Assembly (NCBI GenBank): GCA_003427395.1
Contig: BFEA01000032.1
Coordinates: 1,339,284 to 1,403,283 of the forward strand
DNA length: 64,000 nt
Reading direction: 5' to 3'
From: Chara braunii
Taxonomy: Eukaryota; Plantae; Charophyceae
The notes below the pieces were generated by a model. The model ran no database searches. It was not told where the DNA came from and worked only from the letters and a program-made list of their open reading frames with translations. Shown in pieces: positions 47,301 through 60,779 of the stretch. Made by a program: the position numbers and the translations under genes. Position 1 is the stretch's first letter; every line of letters begins with the position of its first letter.

Positions 47301-49759
47301 GACGTAGAACATGGTTTATGCACATTTATTATATCGACTTGTTTCATTCCTTTACCAGCCTCTACAGTGCTTTCAATAACTATTGTACCTGCGTCATAGC
47401 TCGATGACACATGGTGAGGCATCGACGACAACCATCTAAGTTCCAAACGACGCACGACTTTATTCGCACAGAGTCGTCGAATCAATAACATACGGTACCG
47501 TCGGTTGTGCCTTGAACGAATCAATTTCTATAACAATATTTATTTCCGTCGATTATGAAATCCAACAAACTTTCTAATCAACGTGTTCAGTGAATTCGGT
47601 GGGGTCGTGACAGCAGAAGATGCATTTGCATGAACATCCCTCAAGGGAGGACAAACATTACTCTCCACTACATTGTTCTTCATTGGAACAATCAAGAATA
47701 TAATCTTTACTTACCATCGGTTGTTTATCTCTTCTGCGAGCACTTGGCTCACCTACAGCACCTGCCACCTGTAATAAAGACCTCCGGGTTCGACGACTTT
47801 GGGAAGGTGGTCGTCCACGTTTCCGGTGTTCGTGTTGTGATGGCATTGTCGTCTCACTCGTAGAGCGACAGGGAGTAATATCCGAACCTATACGCAATCC
47901 CAATCCATGGTTGAATGCAGAAAAAAGGTTCTCTAACGAAAACAAACCGACTTGATCTGGAACAATGGAAGGACACCGAGTACATTCTGATATTATCGGC
48001 GACGACATCAAAGGATCATTAACAACCCTTTCAAAAGACCGATGACGTTTGCGACGCTTTCACGGAATATGCAAGGACTTATATGGAGGTGAAGAGAAGG
48101 TTGAAATGGTGGATATACTACTGTTGGTTGAAGTGTCACGTTGGTCTTCGTCCTCTGCCAAATTAATGGGCACGTACATACATATTTGTATACGGGCACG
48201 TCACGGTGGATAAGAGGAATAAGATGCATATGGATAACCGGAATGAAAAGAATACACCTCAAAACATCCATATATAGATGTAATTATATGAAGAAGAGTA
48301 ATATAGTGTCAAGTAGAAAAGAAAAAAAAAGAAAAACAAAGAAGACAGAGTGCAACAAAAAGAACACAGCCAAAATGTGAAGCACAAACGATGAAAAAAA
48401 AAAGGAGTTAGTTCGTTGTTTTTTTTTCTTGAGCGCGTCTATCGAGGTTAATCAATGTTAATTCACATCGGAATTTATTAGTTCGTGCAAATATAGAAGT
48501 ACATGTTCACTTTCATGTTCTTGCAAATGTTTGATCAGGATCGGAACTTCTTTGCACCAACTCCTATTAAGGTTAATTAACACGCCACCTATTTTTTTCG
48601 TATGCCTCATTCGTTTCTTATGTTCTCTTTATGATCCTTTACGCCCCTTAGTCTTTTCAGGGCCCCATGAGATAGAGTAATACGTACCTCGTTTATCCAC
48701 GTTTGCCCTTTGTCATTCTCTGGCAGGGCTCACTTTCCTGTTCGAATAAATTTGTCACTGGGATCGGAACTTATTTTGGCTCCAATCCACCATTATCGAG
48801 GCGGCTCCTACTTGCGGCCAGCCTTAGGTATCCTAAGTTAGTCATCCGTCTACAAAATATTTGAAAAATGTAACATGTCTTTGCCGACCTTTCCGAGCCC
48901 CGATTGCTAGGAAGTAGTCCGTAGTACCCATTCTCCTCGCCTGAGCACGAGGCCCAGATCTCAGAAGTAGGCAAGGCTCTACCGCAACAACATTGCACCA
49001 ACCCTATAAATGGGTCTATGCGGCGTACCGCACCTCCCCCCAGCCAGCCTCGAAGGTCGTGGATCCAGGAAGAGTCATTCCTAGCGATCGAGGTCGGGCA
49101 AACCATTGATGGCCTCACCTTTCTTCTCGTCTTTTGCTTGGGCGACTTTGATGAAATAGGAGCAAAAGGGGTAGAGAACATGACTTGTTGGAAGAGGTCT
49201 AGGCGAGAGGAGGTCATTTGGGATAGCATGGGTGTCTTGGAAAAAATGCTACATTTATTGTCATCTTTATTTCTTCTTATTGGATTGATTCCTTTCCAAT
49301 ATTCATTCGAAATACATGGTGTGACCCAACCCTCTCAATAACACTTCATTTGCTTCACGTAACTGCCTGAGTATTTTCAACGGCTGATGTAGACCAATCA
49401 TACGTACCTTGATTATTCTTGAGCATCCTTTGTTTTCCTTTGATACCGTTTACTGGAAGGCGACCTAAGTTTATTGTTGTTTTTTAATCTTACTATCGAG
49501 ACTCTTTCTTTCTAATTATTCATAAAATTCATATTATAATATCACATAACATTCAACCCTACATTTTTTTTCTTCTTCAAACTTCTTACTCATCTCAAAC
49601 CGATTTTGAACATCATCTCATTTCTATATTTTAAGGGATACTCACCTGGTTGTTTTTTAAGAATAAGCAGAACAGTACAAGAACGAACATACAAAACCCT
49701 ACAATATTGACAAACAGAATTTAACAAATGTTAGCAACTAAGGATTAATATCATCTCCA

Positions 49760-49974
49760 TTACCATGAACACGCACAACACGAGATCACATACCAATAAA
49801 CGACTAAGGTGACTTTTATTTGTATATATAAACAATATTTTCTTTCCATTTCATGAATAGCTCTCAAGAAAAGAAATGCAGAAAAAAAAANAAAAAAAAA
49901 AAAAAAAGAGAGAGAAACGACTTAAATAAGAGAGAGAGAGAAAGAGAGAAAGAGAGAGAGAGAGAGAGACGACT

Positions 49975-50012
<38 letters not shown>

Positions 50013-50125
50013 GACTTAATATCATCTCGATAAACATGAACACGTAGAACACGAGATCACATACTATCAAACAACTAAGGCAACTTTTATTTGTATACAT
50101 CGACAATATTTTCTGTCAATTCCCT
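49760..50125 (+). repeat. ~270-bp-period local duplication flanking (GA)n tracts
   Basis: catgaacacg...aacacgagatcacatac...cttttatttgtata...acaatattttct at ~49765 and ~50035. Confidence 0.8.
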
Positions 50126-51459
50126 TAATACTTTTCACAAAAAAAAATGTCAAAAAAAAAAAAAAAAAAAAAAAAAAACTTAAATATAAGAGAGAGAGAG
50201 ACATGATTTAAATAAGACAGAGAAAAGACACAATTCAAGAGTTTTATCAAAAAATATTTTAAAGTGTCATCATCATTAATGGAATAAAAACAATGTGAAT
50301 TCACACGTTTTTCCCACCATGCCACTCCACCTCCTCGTTATGCGTCTCACTCTAACCACTCCCACTCCTGCATCATCCTGTCCACGAAGCTCCACTCATC
50401 CACCTATCTAACAATACATCAAATGATGCGCTTATAGTTAGAACAACAAACAATAATTTTTTCTCTTCTATTTATAGTTCCTTTCTCCCTTTGCAGCTAT
50501 CGTCATCTCTACACCCTACATCCTTCGCCTGTTTCTTCTCCTCCCTCCTCTTTTACTCTTGTTTATCTTCCTCTGCCAATTCGCGAAGTCGCTTCCTCCT
50601 TTCTTCCATCGCAAATTCATCGTCCTCATTGACCTCTCCCCGAGCTTCCAACAACTGGTTAAGAGAGCTATCTAATCGCGCAACCGGCATTTATAGCGTG
50701 CATGCATGCGCGAAAAACACAGAATTGCAAGGACTTGGAAGAGAGATTAGGAGAGGGAGCGCCTGCGTTCTGAATGGCCAGATCGCGGCGTGGGGGACGT
50801 AACCTCTCTCCCCGCATCGATCCAAGCATGCAGTTCGTGGGTTAGCTAGGCACAAAAAGAGAAAAAGCGAGAGCGGGAAAGACGAAGTTAAAGAAGAAGG
50901 ATACAGTTACAATGGCGCCCGCCCAAAATTACAGTTACACACACGATTAAGGGCGCCGACTAATCAGAGCTCCGTTTTTAGCCGCAAAAAGAAGCGCGTA
51001 GGCAAAAAGTGCTGCGCGGCAAAGGAAAATCCTAATTGCAAAATTCCTAAATTCCTATCTAATGCAGAAAACGAGAAGCACAATTTCAGAAAAGAAAGTC
51101 CGAAATTCCGAGAGCCTTTGGGGCTCGACAAGATTCAAAAAGAAAATTAAAAAAGAACGAATCAAAAATTCCCGCGCGGTCCCCACGCCTAAAAACCAAC
51201 AAGAGAAAACGAAAAGAAATGTCGTCAACCAGAATTATTTGCGCGCTCGCGGCGGCGCGTCGCCCATCAATCATCCCCGGGACCTCCCCGGGCCTGAACC
51301 CAGCCATCTGAAAAGAGACGACGTAAAAAGACGAAGAAGCGAGGACACTAATGCAATTTTCCTTCAATCCTGATCTCCCGTAATTGGCCCATCCTTCCCA
51401 GCTTAGGACTCCTTATTGTTATCGCGCAGAAAATCGCGCGAAACAGAAATCGGTTCGTT

Positions 51460-52400
51460 ACAACTCACTTGTGGTATGACTGCCCTACAGCTAAAAGAAT
51501 TTCGGATTGGTGGCAAAACTTTTGGGTGAGCATCGCTGGGAACAAACTGATATGGGATAGAGAATGGATTCTATTGGGAGGCGTTCCGGCGAACTTGAAT
51601 TTGGAAAAGGGTTAGGGCTACATTGCTCAGGCAGCCAAATCTGTAGGATGTGAAGTAATTTGGAAAGGAAGGAATCTGCAAGTCTTCGAGCGGTGGGACA
51701 TGACTAATAAAAAAACCAGGAAAATGTTCAGATCCTCGTTGAGGCGCCTCATTTAGACAGATTGGAGAAGAAGAGGAAAAGGATCACAGAGTCCATGGTT
51801 TGGGGATACTCGGGGAATCGAAGGCAAGTTAGTAGAGTTATCATGAGATACCTTGGTTTTGAATAAGTGGTTTTGGCTTGAGTAGAAGTGAGTGTATAGG
51901 AGGTTGGTTCGCCAGCAAGGCTAGAGTAGGAACCTGGTACTCGGTTTTATTCATCCATAGGAGGAAAGCAGGGCGGCGCCTGACCGTGGGGGGAGTACAC
52001 CAATAGGTAGATTTAGTCCCTGCCTTAGACAATTGTAGGCAAGAGAAAAATTTAAATTTCTTGGTTGACATTGGTAGGGATTAGCTGGAGCTCTCGTGGG
52101 GTGGCAACTGGGACTGGGGGTGTAGTAAGGTTAGGGATAGATAGCCGACAAGGGTTTGTGGGTTCGTAGTTTCTGGCTTGTGCGGGTTTTGTAGGCTTGA
52201 AGCAATGCTTTTTTAGGACAAGGGTTTCAGGATAACGGCCCATAATTGGCCTCTTTGATCCTAGACTTGCCCCGTCCTAGCGAGATTTGGCTTATAAGTT
52301 AAACTGGGTAATGCTCCCAAGATAACCCCGGGTTGAATTGTGAGGTCCCCGACCTCCCTTTTGTGATGTAATATGAAAAAAAAAAAGAAAAAAAAAAAGA
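51460..52400 (+). mobile_element. 5'-truncated L1-clade LINE: ORF2 C-terminus (zf-RVT region), 3' UTR and poly-A tail
   Basis: Frame from 51463 reads THLWYDCPTAKRISDWW...EVIWKGRNLQVF (HLxxxCxxAxxxW and IWxxRNxxVF motifs); A-rich tail at 52376-52400. Confidence 0.8.
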
Positions 52401-52449
52401 ATTTTCTCTAGTCCTTCATGCATATGCCAAAAAAGTAGGATATTTAAGA

Positions 52450-52960
52450 ATATCAAAGTGAAAATTTCACCTCTCTATCCTCTACGACCTTTTCCCCGGG
52501 GGCTAGTTCCGAAGGAAAGACTCCGTCATCAAAGCATGATGCAAACAGCTCTCTCAATCGATCTTCACCCTCCCAATAATCCCTCTCTTCCATGGGACCT
52601 GGGGGGTGGGGATTTGCCCGTACGCTCCTGACCTGGTGTCGCCTCCATGTTTCACCAAGTCTACTCAACCCTACTAACAGTCTAAGGTTATTTCTTCTGT
52701 ACTCACGTCCACTTTGCTACTAGGAAAAATGTAGCGCTTTCTTTGCCTGCCACGTTCGCCTATGGCCGATCTGACGCCATAACCGTCCCACGAAGGAGGC
52801 ACGATGGGGAACGAGCCTCGGTGGCAGCTCGGGTTCTCACGAACGTGGTATCGCGTGGCGGGGCGCAGTAGCGTCGGCCGAAGCAAGGTCGCTCCTCTCC
52901 ACCCCCCCATTTCCTCCCTTTCCGTTTACAGGGAGGTCTTTGTTCCACCACATTAGGAAG
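52450..52960 (-). mobile_element. Possible LINE ORF1 N-terminal remnant
   Basis: Frameshifted coding-like segment ...EDRLRELFASCFDDGVFP..LAPGE...VKF; family assignment is tentative recall. Confidence 0.35.
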
Positions 52961-54069
52961 GTTTCCTGTGTGGATTCTCTCTCTATGCGATCTTGCGCCC
53001 TACCGCCGGTGGACGACGAACGGCGGGGCTGACGGTCGATGCAATAGAATTGAGTATTCTAATTCTAGTGCGCGCGCGAAAGAGCAAAAAGCAAAATGCC
53101 GCGTGTATCGGATGCGATCCTGCAAATCTGCTCGCTGTACTGGAAAACCCCGCGTTCAGCCGAGTCGGCTGCTTGCTAAGTGATTTGCAGGTTGCGGCGA
53201 CGGGTACCAGCAACAACAGTGGCGCAGCCGAGAAGCAGGCTCGACATTTTGGCCAACACCCCTTGTATGCCCTGTGGACGCCTTCGGTTGCCATTTGTTC
53301 CCCACCATAGCGAAGGAAGTTATCTCCTCCTTCCACTGATCGTCGCCGTCGTCGAGGTAAGTCCCTCCCTTCCCCATCCTCCTCCTGTTGTTCATCTTTG
53401 ACACGTTTTTTTCTCATTGGGTGACCTTCACCGTCTTCTTCGTCGTTCTCTTCTTGTCCTCCTCTTGTTCTTCCGCTCTCCGTTCTTCGTCTTCTCCTTA
53501 TCCCCCGCCATAGCGGATTGGTGCACTGGGAAACGACGTACTGGAAAACGGAAAAGCATGCTGGATGGCGTACTCACACTGTAACTTTTCTAAATGTGTC
53601 CAACTGCAATGATCGCTAGACTCAGATGAATCTGACTGCAATCACGTCCAGAGCTCCGTACAAGAAGTCGTACTGCGAGTATGCCCTAAGAAGGAAGAGG
53701 TGAGGGTGCGGGAGACAACGCCGCAGGGAGGGAAGTGTGGGGGTTGAGGTTGGCGGGAAGACAAGTGGTCAGGGAACGGATTGGAGATTGGAGGTGTCGG
53801 GCAAATGTGGAACTTGCAGAGGAAGGCCACATTGTAGTGAAACCTCAAAGGGGGGGGGAAGAGAGAATGTGGCAGTACTACGAGGATAAAATTGGGCGGC
53901 AGTACAGGGTTGAAAGGTGCGTTCTTCTGACCGTTGTTTTTGAGGTGGTGGTAGGGATGGAAGGCATTTGTTTTTGACAGAATCGTTTGAGGGAAAGAGA
54001 AGGAAGGAGACGTTAAAGCAGCTTCGATGCGTCACGGGCGAATGGGAGTTAGGAGCCAGGAGGCAACAA

Positions 54070-54375
54070 GCCACGGGAGGGTGAACAAGGCCGCATGCTT
54101 TGAGGAGGAAAGAGGCAAGAGCACGGAGAACAACGGGAAAGAGTGGGTGGAGAGAGGGCGATGGTTGCATTGGAGCGAGATGCAACAGGAATCAACGATC
54201 CACAAAAGGGTCAATACACAGGGAAAATCGATGATGCAAAAAGAAAGAAAAAAAAAAAAAACAGCTAACGGCCGGCCGCCCCATGGACGGTTGGCCACAT
54301 GTGATTATCATGTCCCTTTGTGTTTTTCCTTCTATTTTTTTCCGTCCCGGTATTGCGTGTGCCCAGCGTGTCTCA

Positions 54376-54414
<39 letters not shown>

Positions 54415-54660
54415 ACCGGCGAACAGCAGACCACCACGTGGATGCAGATCTAGAGTAGATCGACAGGGACGAACGGGCCATGGAGTGAGATGCAGCAGGA
54501 ATCAATCATCCACGAGAAGATGAACACACGTGGATGCTTCTAGAAGGAAAGAGAGAGAGAGGAGGAGGGAGGACCACGGACAAGAGTAGATTGACGGACA
54601 TGAATGGGCCACGAGAGTGAGATGCAGCAGGAATCAACCATCCATGGGAGGATGAACACC
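54070..54660 (+). repeat. Direct repeat copy 1, with internal subrepeat gagatgcagcaggaatcaaccatccac...gatgaacac
   Basis: Colinear with 60847-61370. Confidence 0.85.
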
Positions 54661-56011
54661 CGTTGAGGAACATATACACACACACACAGATGAGAGAGAG
54701 AGAGNNNNNNNNNNNNNNNNNNNNNNNNNNNNNNNNNNNNNNNNNNNNNNNNNNNNNNNNNNNNNNNNNNNNNNNNNNNNNNNNNNNNNNNNNNNNNNNN
54801 NNNNNNNNNNNNNNNNNNNNNNNNNNNNNNNNNNNNNNNNNNNNNNNNNNNNNNNNNNNNNNNNNNNNNNNNNNNNNNNNNNNNNNNNNNNNNNNNNNNN
54901 NNNNNNNNNNNNNNNNNNNNNNNNNNNNNNNNNNNNNNNNNNNNNNNNNNNNNNNNNNNNNNNNNNNNNNNNNNNNNNNNNNNNNNNNNNNNNNNNNNNN
55001 NNNNNNNNNNNNNNNNNNNNNNNNNNNNNNNNNNNNNNNNNNNNNNNNNNNNNNNNNNNNNNNNNNNNNNNNNNNNNNNNNNNNNNNNNNNNNNNNNNNN
55101 NNNNNNNNNNNNNNNNNNNNNNNNNNNNNNNNNNNNNNNNNNNNNNNNNNNNNNNNNNNNNNNNNNNNNNNNNNNNNNNNNNNNNNNNNNNNNNNNNNNN
55201 NNNNNNNNNNNNNNNNNNNNNNNNNNNNNNNNNNNNNNNNNNNNNNNNNNNNNNNNNNNNNNNNNNNNNNNNNNNNNNNNNNNNNNNNNNNNNNNNNNNN
55301 NNNNNNNNNNNNNNNNNNNNNNNNNNNNNNNNNNTAGAAGCTACAACATCTGAGATCCGCACAGACACTGATCCGCACAGACACCTATACTGGGCGATAG
55401 AAGGCATGGCAGTGGTGTACGATGCTGTGGTAATCCATATAGGTGGAGGCAAGTTCCTGTAGAAGCTACAACATCTGAGATCCGCACAGACACTGTCTTC
55501 TTGGTCTTGTAGCTTCCAAAAATTAATTGGACAGTTGTCATCAAAGCATATACGGCCACGTTCTCAACTCAATTTGTGGTCGTAACTCTTATACTACCTA
55601 ATACATTTCAGCAAAGAACGAGTATGCGCTTAAGCATGCATATGTTGGGGAACTTCTGTGACTCTACGAGCATATGCATATGCATCTCATGTAGGTGTCC
55701 GATGTTGGTAGAGATCCGATTGTCCCCTGTTTACATGGGATGAACCACGCTTCTCAATTTATAAAAGTTGCTGCTCCCCCGATCTTGTAAGTTGAAGCTC
55801 TCATGTTGTAGGGTTCAATTGGGTGGATTCGTCCCGAGCTTGGCGGTCACGCCTAAACCCTATGCCTGTTACTTCTGCATGCTAGCGTAGTAGGTAATCA
55901 TAGTCTCATTGAAGCTGATCTTGTTCTTGTTGATGTTATTATTAGACATATTGGACTTTCTTCCTGTACATATATTCTTTTACTCAGTCTCGAGTATACT
56001 CTCTTCCTTGC

Positions 56012-56085
<74 letters not shown>

Positions 56086-57186
56086 GACACACACACACAC
56101 ACGCGCGTTTGTGTGTGTGTGTGTGTATGTGTGTGTGTGTGAGAGAGAGAGAGAGGGAGAGAGAGAGAGAGAGACACACACACACACGCGCATTTGTGTG
56201 TGTGTGTGTATGTGAGAGAGAGAGAGAGAGAGAGAGATGCAGAAGTCGAGGAATATCTCTAAAGTGGAAGTGGATTTCTTGTGAAGAATGTCTTCCTCGA
56301 CTAACCTATTGTTTTGGTCACGATATGTATATGCTGTCAATAATAGAGATTGTGTTTCAGACTTGTTGAGAGAAATGTAGGGGTGTGCACGAAGTAGCGA
56401 GTAGCTGCGTCATGAATCATGAAGGGCCATAAGGTCATGTACATATGTACCGATAAAAGGGGAGATAGATAGACATGCGGATTTGATAGGCAAGGTGGAT
56501 GGGTAGATAAATCGATAAATAGATGGGGGGAGAGGCAGAGAGACACAGATAGACTGCTGGACCGCGTTCTCAATGTGGTTTGTTAACTTGCTGGGACTCC
56601 CGAGGCAATCAAGGGTGGAAATGATGAGAATAGACTCAATAGAGGCATAACAGGGGGATGGTTCATATTGATGAGAGACCATCACACCCACTTCTGTCTG
56701 AACTTTCAACAAGGAAAGGAAATGCCGTTTTTTTTCTGCATTTTGTACTCGTGGAAGGAAGACCCGATTTTTTGCTTGATTTTCGTCTTCTTTCTAAAAA
56801 GGGGGGAAAAGAGAGGCATGCTGCCACTTTCGGACTTATCTTCCGAGGTGGAGAAGAGGGATGCTTTCCACATTTGGTACTAGTCATTCAAGGTGCCCGA
56901 AGCCGTGTCTTCTCGAAGATCCTGTTGAGTTCTACTTTAAGAGCGACATGTTTTTTGTTTGGGAATAGGGAAGGGAGGCAGGGAGAGAGGTAAAGGTAGG
57001 TGTGTGTGTGTGTGTGTGTGTGTGTGNNNNNNNNNNNNNNNNNNNNNNNNNNNNNNNNNNNNNNNNNNNNNNNNNNNNNNNNNNNNNNNNNNNNNNNNNN
57101 NNNNNNNNNNNNNNNNNNNNNNNNNNNNNNNNNNNNNNNNNNNNNNNNNNNNNNNNNNNNNNNNNNNNNNNNNNNNNNNNNNNNNN

Positions 57187-57245
<59 letters not shown>

Positions 57246-57249
57246 GAAG

Positions 57250-59769
57250 ATGGTGTTGATGCCCAATGCTGCTGTTGTGATCTCCTGCGGTTGGGTAGCC
57301 ATTTTTGCTATTTCGCAGGTGGTTTGTAAGAGAGGCGGGCAAAGGAGGAGAAGACGATTAAGTGGACAGGATCGGGATTCTGCCATCAGAGGCAGCTCCT
57401 CCATCAAAGTCTTTCCTGGGTGGTTGTCTGTCGAAACGAATTATCTGAATAGGAAGTTGCAGCAATGGGGATTCCGGTACAGATGCGGGTTCTGCTTGTG
57501 GAATTTCATCGGTACTCTGTTTGGGACCGTGGGAATGACGCTTGTGATTTCATCCTGCTGTGGGATGTTTGCCGGGCTGTCCTCGAGTGGAAGATCTGGT
57601 ATGCAGGCCTCCAGAGGAGAGCGGATATACAGCAACACCGGCCCTGGACGGGCCCTTCCTCGCGAGCGATCACCCCCATCATTCCAAGGGTCAACATGCC
57701 GTGGGGTGAGGTTGGATATCTATAGTGTGCTACAACTCTCGCAATCACAATTCATGAATTGGGTCATGCATTGGCAGCCTCCGCCGAGGGCGTTCGGATC
57801 GAAAACGTGGCTTTCTTCTTAATTGTGGTGTTTCCAGGTGCCTGGGTTCCCCTAGATGCAGTGGACATGGACACTATGTCTCCTACGCATTCCTTAGCCA
57901 TCTTTTCGGCGGGCGTATGGCATAACATTTCACTTTCTGCCTTGTGTTGCGTGTTCCTGACCAGTCTGTCAGTTCTCTTTACTCCTTTTTATACCTGTGA
58001 CGTAGGCTTGGTGGTAGCATCTATACCTGCATTGTCACCTTTCCTATCGCATTTGCACCCCGGGGATGTAATTTTTGCGATAGATGGTAATCTGATCGGC
58101 AGCGGGGATGTTGGTGATGTGAAGCCAAAGGGCCTGTTTTCTGCGAGTCTGTTTGGCAGTGGCGCAGGGCCAAAAGTCGCAACAGTAGATGTAAATTCTA
58201 CCTGGAATCCGATAGTGGTGGGAACGACAGTGGACCGTGCCGGTGGGACAGCGTTGGGAGGGAATGACTCCCATTACGGCTGGCATCAGTCATGGTGTTA
58301 TGGCTATTGTGTCCCAAATTCCGTTTGGTAGGGAAAGAAAGAGGATTGCTAGGTGAAGTTGGGTGAGGACGACATTGGTTATACGAACAGATGGACGGCG
58401 AATTGGTCGTCTGCCCTGGCTCTCGTCCCCAACGCAACGGTACTGCCTCCTAATAGGAGGGATGTTTCTCCTTGGCACAAGTTCAATTCATATCTGCATA
58501 CAGAGTCATCTGGTCTCGCTGATGGTAGAGTTGTCGATGACGGTGGAGGGGAAGGAGGGCGGCTGGGAAATGGTGTTCCACAGAGGATGAATCTTCGCTT
58601 TGTCAATGATGAATGGCTCTTGCGAGATGACAAGCTGGGGTTAGGCAATTTGGGGGGTAAGGGAGACAGAGACATCCCACAAAGTGTTGGGATGGGATTC
58701 GCGTCATTTTCCCAGAAGTGTGAGGAGAAAGGTTGCTTGGTATTCCAGGCCATTTACTGCGAGGAAGGCGACAAAATGAAGGGCGAGGAGACTGTCGAAG
58801 TCACTGCAGGAGGGCAGGAAACAACAGGCGAAGTACGCATGCGAGATGACTCTCACAACAGTGGAACAAGTGTCCCAACGCATCCTCCACGACAAGCAGT
58901 CTGCTTACGGGCGACATTGGTCGTTTCTTCACTAAGGTGTCATCATCCAGGAGTGTTCGGACGTAGCTGCGAGTGCAGCCTTGGTTCACCATGTCTGGTG
59001 CCGAAGTTGCACCTTGGAGAAACCCTGTTAAGAGTCTCCTTCATATGCGGGGCCAGAAACTCCTGTAATAAAGCTCAACACCCCAGAGGAAGATGGGCAG
59101 GTGCTCATAGTCTCAGGTCTACGGCTGGCTTCATGGCCAGTAGCAAATATCGAAAAAATAAGTCTGCTGCAGACCCAGATCCTCGACTGGATCAGCAGCG
59201 ATCCCCCATGACGACGGCCCAGCATATGCTGGATCCAAGGGCTGTATCAGTACGGTTGCATCGGCAACCTTTTAGGACGTTCAGTGCTGGCCATCGTGTA
59301 TTGAAAACAGAAACAGGTGGCAGTCGAGAACCCGCGGGATGTGCTAGAGTGTCCCGAGGGTATTTCATGGGAAGGTGTGAGTCAGACTTGGTCTTTGTTG
59401 GTGATCCCGATGTTGCTAACAACAGCCCTCCGTGTCACAGAATATTATCCTCGTGCATGGCTTTTCCCCCACGAATGATCTAGGTCCACGCCCTCCCTGT
59501 TCTTCTTACTGATGATTTGGCTACCATGGGGTATCAAACATCTGGTTATCTCTGTTTTCCATGTTTCAATCGCCCTTGCCTTTCTGAACATGGCCCCTGT
59601 TTTTGGGCTTGATGGGGAGGCGGTGCTCAATGCGTGGCTGATGATTCTGATGCCTGGCCTGTCACCAAGACACCATCGCCAGGTAATGAAATTCATACTC
59701 TGGATATGTACCGCCCTGCTCGTGACCGCGATTCTCCCGCCTCTTGTATCTCTTCTTGTTTTCCCTTAG
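57250..59769 (+). pseudogene. S2P: Membrane-bound transcription factor site-2 protease (peptidase M50) pseudogene, intronless
   Basis: ATG at 57250; IIPRVNMP; HELGH zinc motif at 57753-57767; FPGAWV; IFSAGVWHN; PDZ-like SP...LHPGDVIFAIDG; Cys-rich insert; LVFVGDP; NMAPVFGLDG. Frameshifts near 57548 and 59420; in-frame stops at 57723, 58329 and ~59477. Confidence 0.92.
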
Positions 59770-60066
59770 TTCACTCGGGAAGAGACTAAGGGAGAAAAAC
59801 ACCCTAACAAACAATTCCTGATTTCTTCTCTGATGTCATCAACCAATGCTTCATTGCCTTGTTTCCACAGTTCTCAGGGGCTGTGCCCAGAGTGTAAAGC
59901 TCGACCATGTTTCTTGTGCCAGGGGTGAGCTTGGGAAAAAAATGTTAAATCCCAAACCTATAATGGGCCACTCTCTCTCTCTCTCTCTNNNNNNNNNNNN
60001 NNNNNNNNNNNNNNNNNNNNNNNNNNNNNNNNNNNNNNNNNNNNNNNNNNNNNNNNNNNNNNNNNN

Positions 60067-60138
<72 letters not shown>

Positions 60139-60222
60139 AAGGCTCAATGTATTGGTACGACAGAGGAATTGCCAGATGGTTGAACCTGCTCCCACTTTTT
60201 ATCTGTCTCCTTACCCTGCTAT

Positions 60223-60303
<81 letters not shown>

Positions 60304-60779
60304 CGCCGCGCCTCCCGCTCCCCATCTGTCCCTCTGTACCTGACACCCCAATCTCCATCGATCCCTCTGAATGTCGTCATATGGGTCGATCTGCTCAGGA
60401 TGCTTTCTCGAAAAATACCAAAAATAAAAAACAGCCTGCTACCCTGATCTCCGTGGATCGCTGTGAATGTCGTAGTCTGCATCGATCTCATCTCGGGATG
60501 CTTTTGTGTAAAAAAAAAAACGAGAAAGAAAGTTACCACGGGATCTCATCTTGGATTGCTCCGTCGTCCCATATCTGTATGTTGCTTGCACATGTCGAAG
60601 ATCCTGGAAAAATGGAGGGCGGACATTGTATGCTTCCAGGAGGAAAGAGGGAGGAGGAGGGAGGAGGAGGGAGGAGGAGGGGAAAGAGCAGGTGGATAGA
60701 GAGGAATGCCCCATGGGAGCAAGATGCGGTATAAACCAAAACAATTCACAGGAGGATGGACATGAAAAGACAACCAACA

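Noticed and set aside
55335-55497. 36-bp direct repeat (tagaagctacaacatctgagatccgcacagacactg) as an element boundary
   Set aside because: Adjacent to a gap; most simply the end of a collapsed ~125-bp tandem repeat
57250-59769. Functional S2P gene with introns explaining the frame breaks
   Set aside because: A stop sits 10 codons before HELGH inside conserved sequence, and the frameshifts lack flanking GT-AG introns
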